DNA of 64,000 nucleotides from a virus. Positions 43,631-53,481 of the stretch are shown here, piece by piece. How positions within the stretch are numbered: position 1 is the stretch's first letter; each line of letters starts with the position of its first letter. A program made the position numbers and the translations under genes. The notes under the pieces are model-generated. The model was not told where the DNA came from, did not search any database, and worked only from the letters and a program-made list of their open reading frames with translations. The DNA lies in the IMG/VR virus record IMGVR_UViG_3300031992_000005, positions 96,001 through 160,000 of that record; one strand, 5' to 3'.

Positions 43631-45154
43631 ATGTTTATAGATATAGAACAATTATTAGACTACGATTGTATGCCACTCCCAAATAAGTTAGTGGTATATG
43701 CAGTAGGTAAAACTCCTCCAGGTGCAGTTAAATCTGCTTACACTGAACTGTTTGATGTGAACAATGTGGTTCCATTAGCAATTTCTCCAGATTATAGAGC
43801 ATCTAGGGATAAGAAGAGTAAATTGAGTGTACTTACATCGCTTCTTGGAATATCCGAACCTTGTTGGTGGGTGAATCCAGATTTTGGTATGAAAACTTTT
43901 CAGATTGAAAATAAAAATATCAAAATCGGCTTACCTAAGTTAAAAGTAAATGCTGGGGATGATCTGAAATATTTATGGTATTGTTCCGGAGCAGGAATCC
44001 CAAATAACTATTTATCTATCGTTAGTATAACTTCTCCTGAATTAGAGAAAATTTTTCCGGGGAAACAGTTTATCTTAGGCTTAACTGGTGATATCTTTAT
44101 GAAATTAATTTATTCACAAAGGACTATGATAGATGGATGGTATCCCATAAATTTTTCATTTTATCCAGCTAGGGGAAATAATTGTGTAATGTTTCCTATT
44201 ATTCAAGATGATAGGAGTAAGATTCAAAATACTCTTCGTGGCTATGCTGAGAAATTATCTCACAAAATTGAGAAAACTCTTATTCCGGGTCACTTATATA
44301 TTAGGAAGGACTTAAAAAACTTTGTTTATCTCTACCTAGGGAAAATAAAGAATACCTTAATCAGTCGGCCTTTCTTTGGAGGGCATCCTATTTATTATAA
44401 TTTCACTGATGTCAAGCTCAATGCTTGGGATAATCCTTATTATGATTATAGTCATAGAAAATTATCAGGTGACTTGTTCTTGAAGTATACCTGGGAAGAA
44501 GGTTATGGGACAAAATGTATAATAGATTTTGAAAGAAAAAGAAAAATAGATTTCCTAAGGTTTATTGATACATACATATTTATGCCCTATGCAGATTGTA
44601 TGAAGAACAACCTGTATCTTTCATCTGAAAATTCTAATATCGGATGTGTAGATCTTGGAGAAGTTTTTGAGTTTGATGATAGCATGCATGACTTAGATTC
44701 TTATCTTAAGGGAAAATCAAAGAAAGCCGCATTGGAGGCTTTACATTCTCTCCGCTCAGATGAGAAGTCGATTAAGAGTATTAATTTCTTTAAGAAATGG
44801 TATTTTGCTTGGTATCCAGATATTATTAACGAAAACCCTGACCTTAAGTCTTTATATATAGAAGTAATCTCAGATGAACTCTTTATACGACTGGCTAATA
44901 TGTTAGGTCATAAGATAAGTTCAATGGTATATAGTGCCCCTGATATTATGTCTAAAGCATACGACAAATTCTTTGAAGTTGATGAAATTAGTCAATTGGA
45001 AAAAATTTGGAAATCTGATATGGAAGACTTTTTCAGTAATATAATGATTAATTTAACGGAGAAAGAGAAGATTAACGTTCTAAACTCTGTTAGAGATAGA
45101 GGAATAGATTATGTAAAAACTAAGAGACAGCAAATTTCAAAAATAAATGAATGA
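43631..45154 (+). CDS. Hypothetical protein
   Basis: 507-aa ORF. No motif recognised. Confidence 0.75.
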   Translation: MFIDIEQLLDYDCMPLPNKLVVYAVGKTPPGAVKSAYTELFDVNNVVPLAISPDYRASRDKKSKLSVLTSLLGISEPCWWVNPDFGMKTFQIENKNIKIGLPKLKVNAGDDLKYLWYCSGAGIPNNYLSIVSITSPELEKIFPGKQFILGLTGDIFMKLIYSQRTMIDGWYPINFSFYPARGNNCVMFPIIQDDRSKIQNTLRGYAEKLSHKIEKTLIPGHLYIRKDLKNFVYLYLGKIKNTLISRPFFGGHPIYYNFTDVKLNAWDNPYYDYSHRKLSGDLFLKYTWEEGYGTKCIIDFERKRKIDFLRFIDTYIFMPYADCMKNNLYLSSENSNIGCVDLGEVFEFDDSMHDLDSYLKGKSKKAALEALHSLRSDEKSIKSINFFKKWYFAWYPDIINENPDLKSLYIEVISDELFIRLANMLGHKISSMVYSAPDIMSKAYDKFFEVDEISQLEKIWKSDMEDFFSNIMINLTEKEKINVLNSVRDRGIDYVKTKRQQISKINE

Positions 45155-45455
45155 TTATACTGTAATTATAAAAGTTTTTGCAAAAGAGGGTGAACAAGAT
45201 ATATCTGTATCTAATGTATCTAGGGAAGACTTAGAACTATTAAGTCCTCTAATAATAGAAATTAGAAATCATAAAGGATGGTTTCCTCACAATATGGTAG
45301 GTCCGGAGAGATTTCCAACGGCAGAGGAATTGTATTGTAAGTTTCCTGCACTTGAAATACTAAACTCAATGGTACCAGAACCTCTATCTGGTTTCAATAC
45401 TATCATCTTCTTAAAAGTGTTTAGTGAAGATCCGCAAGAAATTGTAATGGTCTAA
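45147..45455 (+). CDS. Hypothetical protein
   Basis: ORF with an 8-nt overlap with the upstream gene. Confidence 0.65.
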   Translation: MNDYTVIIKVFAKEGEQDISVSNVSREDLELLSPLIIEIRNHKGWFPHNMVGPERFPTAEELYCKFPALEILNSMVPEPLSGFNTIIFLKVFSEDPQEIVMV

Positions 45456-45491
45456 AAACCTTATATGTGTATTACAACAAACACACTATAT

Positions 45492-45605
45492 ATGGCTATG
45501 GCTAACAACTTTCAAAAAGAAGATGCACCAATTGAAATAGCAAATCAGGGTGCGGGTAATGAAACAACAACAATGGTAGGATATCCAGAAATTTATCTAC
45601 CATAG
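45492..45605 (+). CDS. Micro-ORF (37 aa)
   Basis: MAMANNFQKEDAPIEIANQGAGNETTTMVGYPEIYLP. It lies 21 nt after the motif AAAACCTTATATGTG and is followed by terminator GTGAGGT..ACCTCAC plus T5. Confidence 0.3.
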   Translation: MAMANNFQKEDAPIEIANQGAGNETTTMVGYPEIYLP

Positions 45606-45666
45606 TTATTAGAGTGAGGTATTTTCTATTATTGGGAAAACCTCACTTTTTAAATCTTTAAATTTT

Positions 45667-46218
45667 ATGGGAAATTTTAAAGAAGCAATAGATCAGTTAA
45701 CCGGAAAAACCTCTAAAGAGATAATAGAGAACTTAACTCCTAGGACAGACCTAAGTAATCAAGAGAAAACGATTGTATATACTTACTTATGTCCAGAGCC
45801 ATTAAGCGATAGGGAATTACCTAATGTTCTCTTGGCCGGTAGAGGAGATCATAAGGAAGGATTTTTATCTGAGAATTTTGGAGAGATCATGTCATTACTC
45901 AGAGCATATAGATCACCGCAATATAATAGGTTTATCTTACACTTACTTCATTCCTATGTACAGAATCAATCCAGTATTTACATAGTGAATGAACAGGATA
46001 ATGCAAACTGTTGTGTATGTGGAAAACCATTATATGCGCATGATGTTTGGTCAAAGAAATGCGCAGAGAATCCATCCTTTGGTGAACAAGATAGAAAAGA
46101 ATACCTAGAATATGCCAGTTCACAAAGCACACTTAGAATATGCTTAAACTGCGCATTACAATTAGCAGGACTTCATCGATTATTAACTATCGTAGAGGGT
46201 CCTGGATATCTACACTAA
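45667..46218 (+). CDS. Hypothetical Cys-rich (zinc-binding?) protein
   Basis: It contains CCVCGKP...H and CLNC pairs. Confidence 0.65.
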   Translation: MGNFKEAIDQLTGKTSKEIIENLTPRTDLSNQEKTIVYTYLCPEPLSDRELPNVLLAGRGDHKEGFLSENFGEIMSLLRAYRSPQYNRFILHLLHSYVQNQSSIYIVNEQDNANCCVCGKPLYAHDVWSKKCAENPSFGEQDRKEYLEYASSQSTLRICLNCALQLAGLHRLLTIVEGPGYLH

Positions 46219-46330
46219 AGTGAAAAAACGCAGTTCTTGAGGCATAAATACCTTAAGGTTGAAAGAGCGTTTGTTAAGGTTGAGTCTAAACAATGATGTT
46301 CTTGGACTCAGCCCTTCTTTTATTTATCTT

Positions 46331-46903
46331 ATGAAAATTGAAGAGTTTTATTTCCCTGATATTCCATATCAGCCGTACCCAGTACATCTCATTTCTTCTA
46401 GTGGAAGATTAACCAATTTCAAATCAATAATATATCCTAGTGCATCGTCGGCCAAGAGATATACTAGGAATAAGCAGTTAAAGCATAGAAGCTTACAGGC
46501 TAAGATATTTGACTCATTGATAAATATTGGTTATTTTGATCCACTCATAGTCTATAGAGAATTTCCAGTGCCAGTTCAGAATTGCTATAGACTTCAAGGG
46601 CAGAAGAGATTATATTATATATGTGATTACTATTTTCCTACTTTAAAATTAGCGGTAGAACTTGATTCAGACTATCATGACAATCAAGTAAAAGATACTG
46701 ATGAGATTAGAGATCGTTACCTAAAGGAGGTTCATGGAGTTTCTGTTTTTAGAATAAGAGATTTTCAGAAAAGTACTGTTCAGAAAACTAAGTTCTTAGA
46801 GCTTAGGAATCTTATGAAATCATTGGTACCTTTAGAAAAACCTGAGGTCCTGATTTTCACTACGGATTTATGTAAGTTCTATAGTGAAAAAAGTAATCCC
46901 TGA
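46331..46903 (+). CDS. Vsr/DUF559-like endonuclease domain protein (paralog of 7294-8343)
   Basis: ICDYYFPTLKLAVELDSDYHDNQVKDTDEIRDRYLKEVHGVSVFRI has the same block as in 7294-8343. The start is set at ATG 46331, because the TTG at 46259 lies in a hairpin-rich leader. Confidence 0.6.
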   Translation: MKIEEFYFPDIPYQPYPVHLISSSGRLTNFKSIIYPSASSAKRYTRNKQLKHRSLQAKIFDSLINIGYFDPLIVYREFPVPVQNCYRLQGQKRLYYICDYYFPTLKLAVELDSDYHDNQVKDTDEIRDRYLKEVHGVSVFRIRDFQKSTVQKTKFLELRNLMKSLVPLEKPEVLIFTTDLCKFYSEKSNP

Positions 46904-46924
46904 ACCGTCTAATACCTTATAGAA
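46896..46924 (+). promoter_or_regulatory. Promoter-like motif, long-spacer variant
   Basis: ATCCCTGAACCGTCTAATACCTTATAGAA, 27 nt upstream of ATG 46951. Confidence 0.35.
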
Positions 46925-46950
46925 GAAATATTAATTTGTAGATCGTAATT

Positions 46951-47574
46951 ATGGTAAAAGTTACAGCCGGAATTGATGCTAGTAACGGAACATTCTTTTG
47001 TGTGTCCGTAGATACAAATTTATTGAAGAGCTTTTATAATAATCTGCACGGGATGTTAGTAAATACTAAAAATATCCCTGAAGGATTAAAATTGGAGAGA
47101 ACCAGCCAGCACTCTGTTCTCATTACGTTCCCTATAAAAGAGGAATCGTTAAAGAGAAGTAGTGGTAATGATAAGATGGTTGGTGTATCTGATGAAGTTC
47201 AGAGCTCGTATGATAGAATTATAGAAGTGATACAGAAATTCTGTAGTGAATCTATCAAGCATATGATGAAGCGGGTTGAGTTTATACCTCTATTCGATTT
47301 TGACGGTGTCGGAAAAGCGAAAGATTATTCCCTTGAACAGATGAGAGGGGATGTTGAAAATGCAAATAAGAAGCATAGAGATATATGCATAATTCGCAGT
47401 TATGATCAATTCCTTAATATGGTGGATAGACACTATACATTTGATCAGCATTATATTTGCTATAAGGAAGATAGTAATGAGTATACTGACTTTGTACTTG
47501 ACGTGCATTGCGGCAAGTTAAAGGAGTTGAGAAAGAAATATAAAGGAAAATTGAAAACATTAAATTGGGTTTAA
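46951..47574 (+). CDS. Hypothetical protein
   Basis: 207-aa ORF followed by terminator GTGAGAGAAG..TCTTTTCTCAC plus a T-run. Confidence 0.7.
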   Translation: MVKVTAGIDASNGTFFCVSVDTNLLKSFYNNLHGMLVNTKNIPEGLKLERTSQHSVLITFPIKEESLKRSSGNDKMVGVSDEVQSSYDRIIEVIQKFCSESIKHMMKRVEFIPLFDFDGVGKAKDYSLEQMRGDVENANKKHRDICIIRSYDQFLNMVDRHYTFDQHYICYKEDSNEYTDFVLDVHCGKLKELRKKYKGKLKTLNWV

Positions 47575-47637
47575 AGATAAGTGAGAGAAGAAAAATGATG
47601 AGTTTCTTTTCTCACTTTTTAATTATATGAAAATTAT

Positions 47638-48246
47638 ATGATAACGTTAGCAGATCGAGGTGCCAGTAATATAACAGTAATGACAACGGGGGAACCATTA
47701 CCTCCAGATGGAACTGACGATTACATCAAGATTGCTCTCTTAGGATCAACTGATATGATCGATGGGGGCGAGTTAGACTGGTATCAGAAATTTTGTACAG
47801 GCTTGGCTATTATAGCAGGCCGAGAATCCAGTAGAGGAGTAAATATATTTAAGAGTCTTAATTACTTAATCTTTAATTGTAAGACTCCACCAGTACCAGA
47901 CGGTACTATGTCTGTTAATAATCCAGCTTTTGTTAACCACCTTAGCTGGTGTTGTGACGTAGCTACTGCAGCAGATGGTATATTTGTTAATTTCTTGAAG
48001 AATAGTCAAAGTGTAATGCCAGTGTATTGGTTTTCGCTTTTTGCACAATCAGGGAAGCTAGTATGTAGAGTTCCCCTAGAGCAAGATTATATCTTTTCGG
48101 GACTAGTAAATACTACGTGCCAACGCTTTAATATTCCATGTTTCCCAGGGAAAATGGGAAATGTAATGTCAGTCATTCAGGCATTTTTCAACTTTGTGCC
48201 TAAAATGCAAATCCTTAGTAATCCAGCAATACAGTTACCTGAATGA
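47638..48246 (+). CDS. Hypothetical protein (weak resemblance to nucleoside 2-deoxyribosyltransferase-like fold)
   Basis: IKIALLGS...LDWYQKF and W..DVATAADGIFVNF are vaguely like the Nuc_deoxyri_tr2 pattern. The functional call has low confidence. Confidence 0.6.
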   Translation: MITLADRGASNITVMTTGEPLPPDGTDDYIKIALLGSTDMIDGGELDWYQKFCTGLAIIAGRESSRGVNIFKSLNYLIFNCKTPPVPDGTMSVNNPAFVNHLSWCCDVATAADGIFVNFLKNSQSVMPVYWFSLFAQSGKLVCRVPLEQDYIFSGLVNTTCQRFNIPCFPGKMGNVMSVIQAFFNFVPKMQILSNPAIQLPE

Positions 48247-49451
48247 GAAGCCTTATCATATTGAAGGGCTTAGTTAAATCAGATAAACAGAATTGGGTGA
48301 AAAGGGAAGGCCTTATGAACTTTTTCTTAGACATTGATTATATTAAGAAACTATTCTATAGGCCAGATTATAAGGGGAGCAAAGAATTCCTAACGAGATC
48401 TTTTGATGATGTAGTTTATAAAGTATTTCTTCAGGCACTTTGCTCCCGTTTATCAACGGGGACCTTAGTGGTCGTTGATATTGATAATGATTCTGTCTCT
48501 TCGATAGAAGACTTAGCGTTTATATTTGGATATACTGTTTTTTATCATGTTGAATCAACACCATACGATTACGTTGGAAAGAATAAAAAATATTGTAATT
48601 TTCAATATATAGTACCGACTAAAGATACATTGAAGAGGGAAGTATTGGATTTTAATAATATTGATTATACAGGAAAAAACCTAATTAATAATTATGCAGA
48701 TATAGAGGATTATTGGAAACCTTTGACACGAACAACAATAATTGATAAGAATGATACGGTTCTACATATATCAGACCTACATTCACATTGGAATTTACTT
48801 AACACTAAAGTACCTAAATTTTCCAAATATCCTCTAGTCGTGTTTGCCGGAGATTACATAGATGGACCAGAAAAAGGTGGTAGCAGAAGATTAATAGAAC
48901 AAATCCTTGGGTATAAAGGAACGAATGCTATTTTCCTGGAGGGAAATCATGAACTTCGACTTAGAAAATACTTGGGTTATACCTATATCAAAGGAAAAGG
49001 AAAGAAAATAGTATCTGAAGTTTTATTAAATGAATTATCAGAAGAATTTCTTCAAAAAACGGCAGATGAATTCTCAGACTTAAAAATGCTAGATTCATAT
49101 GAAATGTTGTTGGGGATGAATAATATATTCAGAGAATCTTTTATTTATGAAAGAGGAAAAGATACATATATTTGTACTCATGCGGGTCTTAGATGGATAG
49201 ATCAGATAAGCCCAAAATTTATAGGAAATGTAATATATTCAAATAAGAATACCGAGAGAGTAGATCTTGCTTTCTCTGAGAGATATAATCAAGATAATAT
49301 ATGGTCAATTCATGGACATTGTAAGTATAATGTCATGGAGTTCTGCCGATTCCCTGGAGTCATTAACTTTGATACCGAGGATGAAACTAAGGTAAACTAT
49401 TTTATAAATTATCCGAATAAAAAAATTAAAGTATGTGTAGTAAAAGATTAG
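48243..49451 (+). CDS. Two-domain protein: P-loop-kinase-like N-domain (degenerate Walker A) plus metallophosphoesterase C-domain; Pnkp-like end-healing enzyme?
   Basis: The C-domain has HISDLHSHW, VFAGDYIDGPEKGG, LEGNHE, THAG and IHGHC. The N-domain has LIILKGLVKSDKQ in place of GxxGxGKS/T, and TLVVVDIDN like the kinase Walker B/lid region. Confidence 0.6.
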   Translation: MRSLIILKGLVKSDKQNWVKREGLMNFFLDIDYIKKLFYRPDYKGSKEFLTRSFDDVVYKVFLQALCSRLSTGTLVVVDIDNDSVSSIEDLAFIFGYTVFYHVESTPYDYVGKNKKYCNFQYIVPTKDTLKREVLDFNNIDYTGKNLINNYADIEDYWKPLTRTTIIDKNDTVLHISDLHSHWNLLNTKVPKFSKYPLVVFAGDYIDGPEKGGSRRLIEQILGYKGTNAIFLEGNHELRLRKYLGYTYIKGKGKKIVSEVLLNELSEEFLQKTADEFSDLKMLDSYEMLLGMNNIFRESFIYERGKDTYICTHAGLRWIDQISPKFIGNVIYSNKNTERVDLAFSERYNQDNIWSIHGHCKYNVMEFCRFPGVINFDTEDETKVNYFINYPNKKIKVCVVKD

Positions 49452-50137
49452 TAAAACTGAGACTTAAGGCGAGAGATTTCTATAGTATAGAAAAAGCTCT
49501 TGGCCTAATACAAGCTAAGGAGTATAATGATGAAATTGAGTTTGAGGCTGAAATTCCAGATGATAAGAAAACTATGGAATTCCTAGTAACTTCTCCAGAG
49601 GTATTACATTGGGATTTTATTGAACAGCCTAAACCTAGGGAATATACTATTCCTAGTGGAGATGCTGTATCTGCCTCTGTACATGAACCTGGAGTAGATG
49701 AACCTAAGGTAGTATTTTCATATTCAGGTGGAGATGTACAAGGACAACTTGACCCAGAAGATCCAGAGAATGTGATTGGGCTGTTAATGGAAAAGTATGG
49801 TTCCGAGTACTTGACAGTGGCTAGTATTCTTAGGATAGTTCTTCAATTTAAGAAATTTTATACAAAAAGTCCTGCCCTGAGATTTACTTCAAATATTATC
49901 ACTTCTTATGTTATCAAGGTTGATGTTGAGGCTGAGTTTGAAGAATTCAGAAGTTCACATAAAGACTTAGTGGATAAGCTCATAGTACATCTTAGAAATG
50001 AATGTACGGGAGAACCAAATGCTTATTATGACTATCAGTATCTGATCAGAACATTGAAAAAGTTTTGGTTACTTGGGAAATTATCTAAGGAGAATGTTGA
50101 TGAACTCCTAACTAATATTTATGGAGTCTTAGAATGA
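49433..50137 (+). CDS. Hypothetical protein
   Basis: 234-aa ORF. Confidence 0.65.
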   Translation: MCSKRLVKLRLKARDFYSIEKALGLIQAKEYNDEIEFEAEIPDDKKTMEFLVTSPEVLHWDFIEQPKPREYTIPSGDAVSASVHEPGVDEPKVVFSYSGGDVQGQLDPEDPENVIGLLMEKYGSEYLTVASILRIVLQFKKFYTKSPALRFTSNIITSYVIKVDVEAEFEEFRSSHKDLVDKLIVHLRNECTGEPNAYYDYQYLIRTLKKFWLLGKLSKENVDELLTNIYGVLE

Positions 50138-50469
50138 TTACATTAACTCCTGGCATTAAGTCCTCTCTCTTATTAGCTAGAATCAAGAATATAATTTATT
50201 ATAGACTTGAAGTTGAGCCTAAAGATCCTGAGAGAATAAGATGTCAATATCAACCTGTCTTAAGAAAACTTAGGAAGGATATCTTGGATATCCTACCTGA
50301 GATAATGGATGATAAGGAAACTTATCAAATATTGGATGAAGTAGTCCAAACAATACCTCCTATGGTAAAAACTGAGAATTGCTTGGAAGTTATTCAAGAA
50401 CTATGTCAAGTGATAAGAAAAAAGAACGAAGAAAACAGAGACATGACAAACATGTCAAAGAAGAATTAA
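50134..50469 (+). CDS. Hypothetical protein
   Basis: ATGA overlap with the upstream gene. Confidence 0.65.
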   Translation: MITLTPGIKSSLLLARIKNIIYYRLEVEPKDPERIRCQYQPVLRKLRKDILDILPEIMDDKETYQILDEVVQTIPPMVKTENCLEVIQELCQVIRKKNEENRDMTNMSKKN

Positions 50470-50798
50470 CTTATAAACAGGAAGCATGGGAAGCTGGGAA
50501 ATTGATTATGGAAAATCATAACCAGAGTCAGTTTTCACCAACCTTTACTTCGAAGTTAACTGATAGATTATATTCCTATATCCTGGGGGAACGTAATTCC
50601 TGTAAGTCAGCAGAGGATTTTGTTGTGGGCTTCAGAAAATATAAAGCCGCTATACAAGAACTATTGATCTACTGGAATCCTACATGTAACAAAGGTAGTG
50701 AATATGATTATCTCAAGAGACTCCTGGAAGTATACTGGGATGAAGTTAGGGATAAACAAAATCCTATGGCCTTATTAGATTCTGCTTATGATCAATGA
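50379..50798 (+). CDS. Hypothetical protein (start uncertain)
   Basis: The ORF overlaps the previous gene by up to 91 nt. Internal ATGs at 50403 and 50505 are alternative starts. Confidence 0.55.
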   Translation: MLGSYSRTMSSDKKKERRKQRHDKHVKEELTYKQEAWEAGKLIMENHNQSQFSPTFTSKLTDRLYSYILGERNSCKSAEDFVVGFRKYKAAIQELLIYWNPTCNKGSEYDYLKRLLEVYWDEVRDKQNPMALLDSAYDQ

Positions 50799-51246
50799 TG
50801 AAAGATTAATCCGACTTGTTAGATCAAGAGGACATAAGAGCGATTGGCCAGAAGCAGTGTGGGATATGAAACAGAGAATTCTAGAACAACATCTAGGGTT
50901 TCCTGGACTTGGTGATCCACACCTATCTATCCTCGAATTCTCCAAAATACAAGAAGGAGATCTCTTTATCTGGGATCCTTATCTGGAGTCTAGTGAAAGA
51001 GGTGATGCTGCTCCCACTATGTATAAATTACTCCCAGGAAATATGGGGTATGTTGAGGGAATTGGCTGTGGATTAGATATGGATAGAGATCCATCCAGAA
51101 CTCTCATTCGGTGGGGTGATACTGTTAAACTCCCGGACATAGATCCTATGGAATTAGTAATGCGAGTTGACGTTAAACCCTCATTAATAACAGGAGGTCC
51201 TGGATATTACTATTTCTACAAAGCTTATAGAGATTGGAGATATTAA
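50788..51246 (+). CDS. Hypothetical protein
   Basis: 152-aa ORF. Confidence 0.65.
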   Translation: MINDERLIRLVRSRGHKSDWPEAVWDMKQRILEQHLGFPGLGDPHLSILEFSKIQEGDLFIWDPYLESSERGDAAPTMYKLLPGNMGYVEGIGCGLDMDRDPSRTLIRWGDTVKLPDIDPMELVMRVDVKPSLITGGPGYYYFYKAYRDWRY

Positions 51247-51264
51247 CTTAATAATTTTAAGATT

Positions 51265-51894
51265 ATGAAAAAGAATTTGTTTTTAGGTTTCTTGCTTGCG
51301 ATAGCTTGCATTATGACCACGGGCTGTTCCTCTTGTAAGTCCGAAAATAAGAATCAGGAGATTAGCGAAGTAAAAACATTGGAACTTGTACCTGAAAATG
51401 TTATCAGTGCAGACCGTGAAGTAATGTATTTCCGTACACCAAAGGGATCGGATCTTAGGTGGATGGAATCTACAGCTGTATCAACTGCTTTCCTTACAGA
51501 TGATAGCGCAGCTGATGCTACATTCATGGAAGTAACTAATAGTTTTCAGACAGTAACTTGGTATGAGACTAGTGGTGATTCAAAGGTTACTATCATTACT
51601 ACCAATACAATGACAACTGATTCCCTCGTAACTAGTGGCTTTTTCCTAGATGATGAACCACTTAATGAGAAGGAAATCGTCCTGACATTCGCAGAAGCAC
51701 GTGAAGCAGCTCTTAAGGCAAATTGTCCAAAGCCTCAGACTCGTATCTGCGTCCTACGTTGTCCAATTGGTCCATATGATGTAGAAGATGCATACTACAT
51801 CTTTGGTAATGGTGATGAAGATACACCTATGATCTATGTAAATTCTCGTACTGGCGAAGTACTTACTCAAGATCCATCTTATATTAAACCTTAA
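51265..51894 (+). CDS. Lipoprotein
   Basis: The signal peptide and lipobox read MKKNLFLGFLLAIACIMTTGCSSC. Confidence 0.75.
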   Translation: MKKNLFLGFLLAIACIMTTGCSSCKSENKNQEISEVKTLELVPENVISADREVMYFRTPKGSDLRWMESTAVSTAFLTDDSAADATFMEVTNSFQTVTWYETSGDSKVTIITTNTMTTDSLVTSGFFLDDEPLNEKEIVLTFAEAREAALKANCPKPQTRICVLRCPIGPYDVEDAYYIFGNGDEDTPMIYVNSRTGEVLTQDPSYIKP

Positions 51895-51952
51895 ATAGAA
51901 CTTTCCTAGAGTGATGAAAATTTCACTCTAGGATTTTATTTTTACTTAAATT

Positions 51953-53467
51953 ATGAATGTAAATGATAGTTTTTCCCATAAACTTGGGGGAGATACACTG
52001 AATGAGTATATTTATTCAAATGTGAAGAAGAAGGTGAAGGAGGATAAGTTTCCTGCTAAGAATAGTAGAGACCTAATTGGAGATGGTGTAGTAGATGAGG
52101 ATATGGGCGAAGCTATAGAGCCAATTGATCCTATTAGGTTTGTTGCAAAGGTTAACGTAACTGACACATCAAGTCCTACTAAACTGTTTAATAATCCAAG
52201 TAATCTGGCGGCAATCGAGATAGATGGTGTTGTGTATGAAGGTAATGATATATCTAGTAATCTTAATCATACCTTTGATAGTGTTGGAATACATACAGTG
52301 AAGTATACACTTAAAGATGGAATGACTACTATTAATGATGGCAGTTGTTTTCAATTTATAACTGCCTTAGTTAGTATAACAATACCAGAAAGTATTACTA
52401 GTATTGGTGGTGGTGCATTTAGTAGTTGTTATTCTTTATCTTCCGTTACAATTCCTGGTTCAGTTACTAGTATTGGTAGTGGTGCATTTGGTAGTTGTAC
52501 TTCCTTAACCTCTATTACAATCCCTGGTTCAGTTACTGAGATTGGTGGTAGTGCATTTAGTGGTTGTACTAATTTAACAAATGTAGTAGTAAGTGATTAT
52601 GAAGGTGGTAATACAACTATTACTAATGCTGCATTTTCAGGTTGTACTGGATTAGTTTCCCTGATTTTGGGAAATTCCGTGACAACTATTACTAATTCAG
52701 CATTTGCTAGTTGCGCTGGACTGGTTTCCTTGACATTGGAAAATTCCGTGACAACTATTAGTAATGGTGCATTTAATGGTTGTATTAGTTTAGCTAAAGT
52801 TAATATTCCCAATTCTGTTATTAATCTTAGTAATAGTCCATTTGCAGGTTGTATTCGACTGACTAGATTAACAATACCTAGTTCCGTTGTTCATTTAAAT
52901 AATATTGGAGGACATTTTAAGTTTAATGATATTAAATTTAGAACAATTAATCCGGATGCTGATTTTACCCGTGATGCTACAAATAAAGTAATCCTTGATA
53001 AGACGGGTACTATATTATTATGGGGATTCGAAGATACAGTAGCAATTCCGAATACAGTAACTAGTATTGGTCAGAGAGCATTTAGTGATTGTACTTCTCT
53101 AACTTCCATTACAATACCAGATTCAGTAACTAGTATTGGTGAGTATGCATTTCAGAAGTGTACCTCCCTAACTTCTATTACAATTCCTAGTTCAGTTACT
53201 AGTATTGGTGGTAGTGCATTTTATAATTGTACTTCCCTAACCTCTATTACTATTCCAGGTTCAGTTACTAGTATTGGTAGTCAAGCATTTTATAGTTGTA
53301 CTTCTCTAATTTCTATAACATCATTAGCGACAACTGCTCCGACGATTAGCTCTTATACTTTTTGGGAAATCAAATCTAATGGTACTCTAACAGTCCCTGC
53401 CGGTTCTACAGGTTACGATGCCTGGATGGAACAATTACCTAGTGGTTGGACTCTAGTTGAGCAATAA
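51953..53467 (+). CDS. BspA-type LRR protein, putative tail fibre, class I N-terminal module
   Basis: The N-terminus is MNVNDSFSHKLGGDTLNEYIYSNVKKKVKEDKFPAKNSRDLIG. LRR_5 repeats are present. The C-terminal ATTAPTISSYTFWEIKSNGTLTVPAGSTGYDAWM..GWTLVEQ is homologous to the C-terminus of 11764-14097. Confidence 0.8.
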   Translation: MNVNDSFSHKLGGDTLNEYIYSNVKKKVKEDKFPAKNSRDLIGDGVVDEDMGEAIEPIDPIRFVAKVNVTDTSSPTKLFNNPSNLAAIEIDGVVYEGNDISSNLNHTFDSVGIHTVKYTLKDGMTTINDGSCFQFITALVSITIPESITSIGGGAFSSCYSLSSVTIPGSVTSIGSGAFGSCTSLTSITIPGSVTEIGGSAFSGCTNLTNVVVSDYEGGNTTITNAAFSGCTGLVSLILGNSVTTITNSAFASCAGLVSLTLENSVTTISNGAFNGCISLAKVNIPNSVINLSNSPFAGCIRLTRLTIPSSVVHLNNIGGHFKFNDIKFRTINPDADFTRDATNKVILDKTGTILLWGFEDTVAIPNTVTSIGQRAFSDCTSLTSITIPDSVTSIGEYAFQKCTSLTSITIPSSVTSIGGSAFYNCTSLTSITIPGSVTSIGSQAFYSCTSLISITSLATTAPTISSYTFWEIKSNGTLTVPAGSTGYDAWMEQLPSGWTLVEQ

Positions 53468-53481
53468 TTTAATTTTAACAT

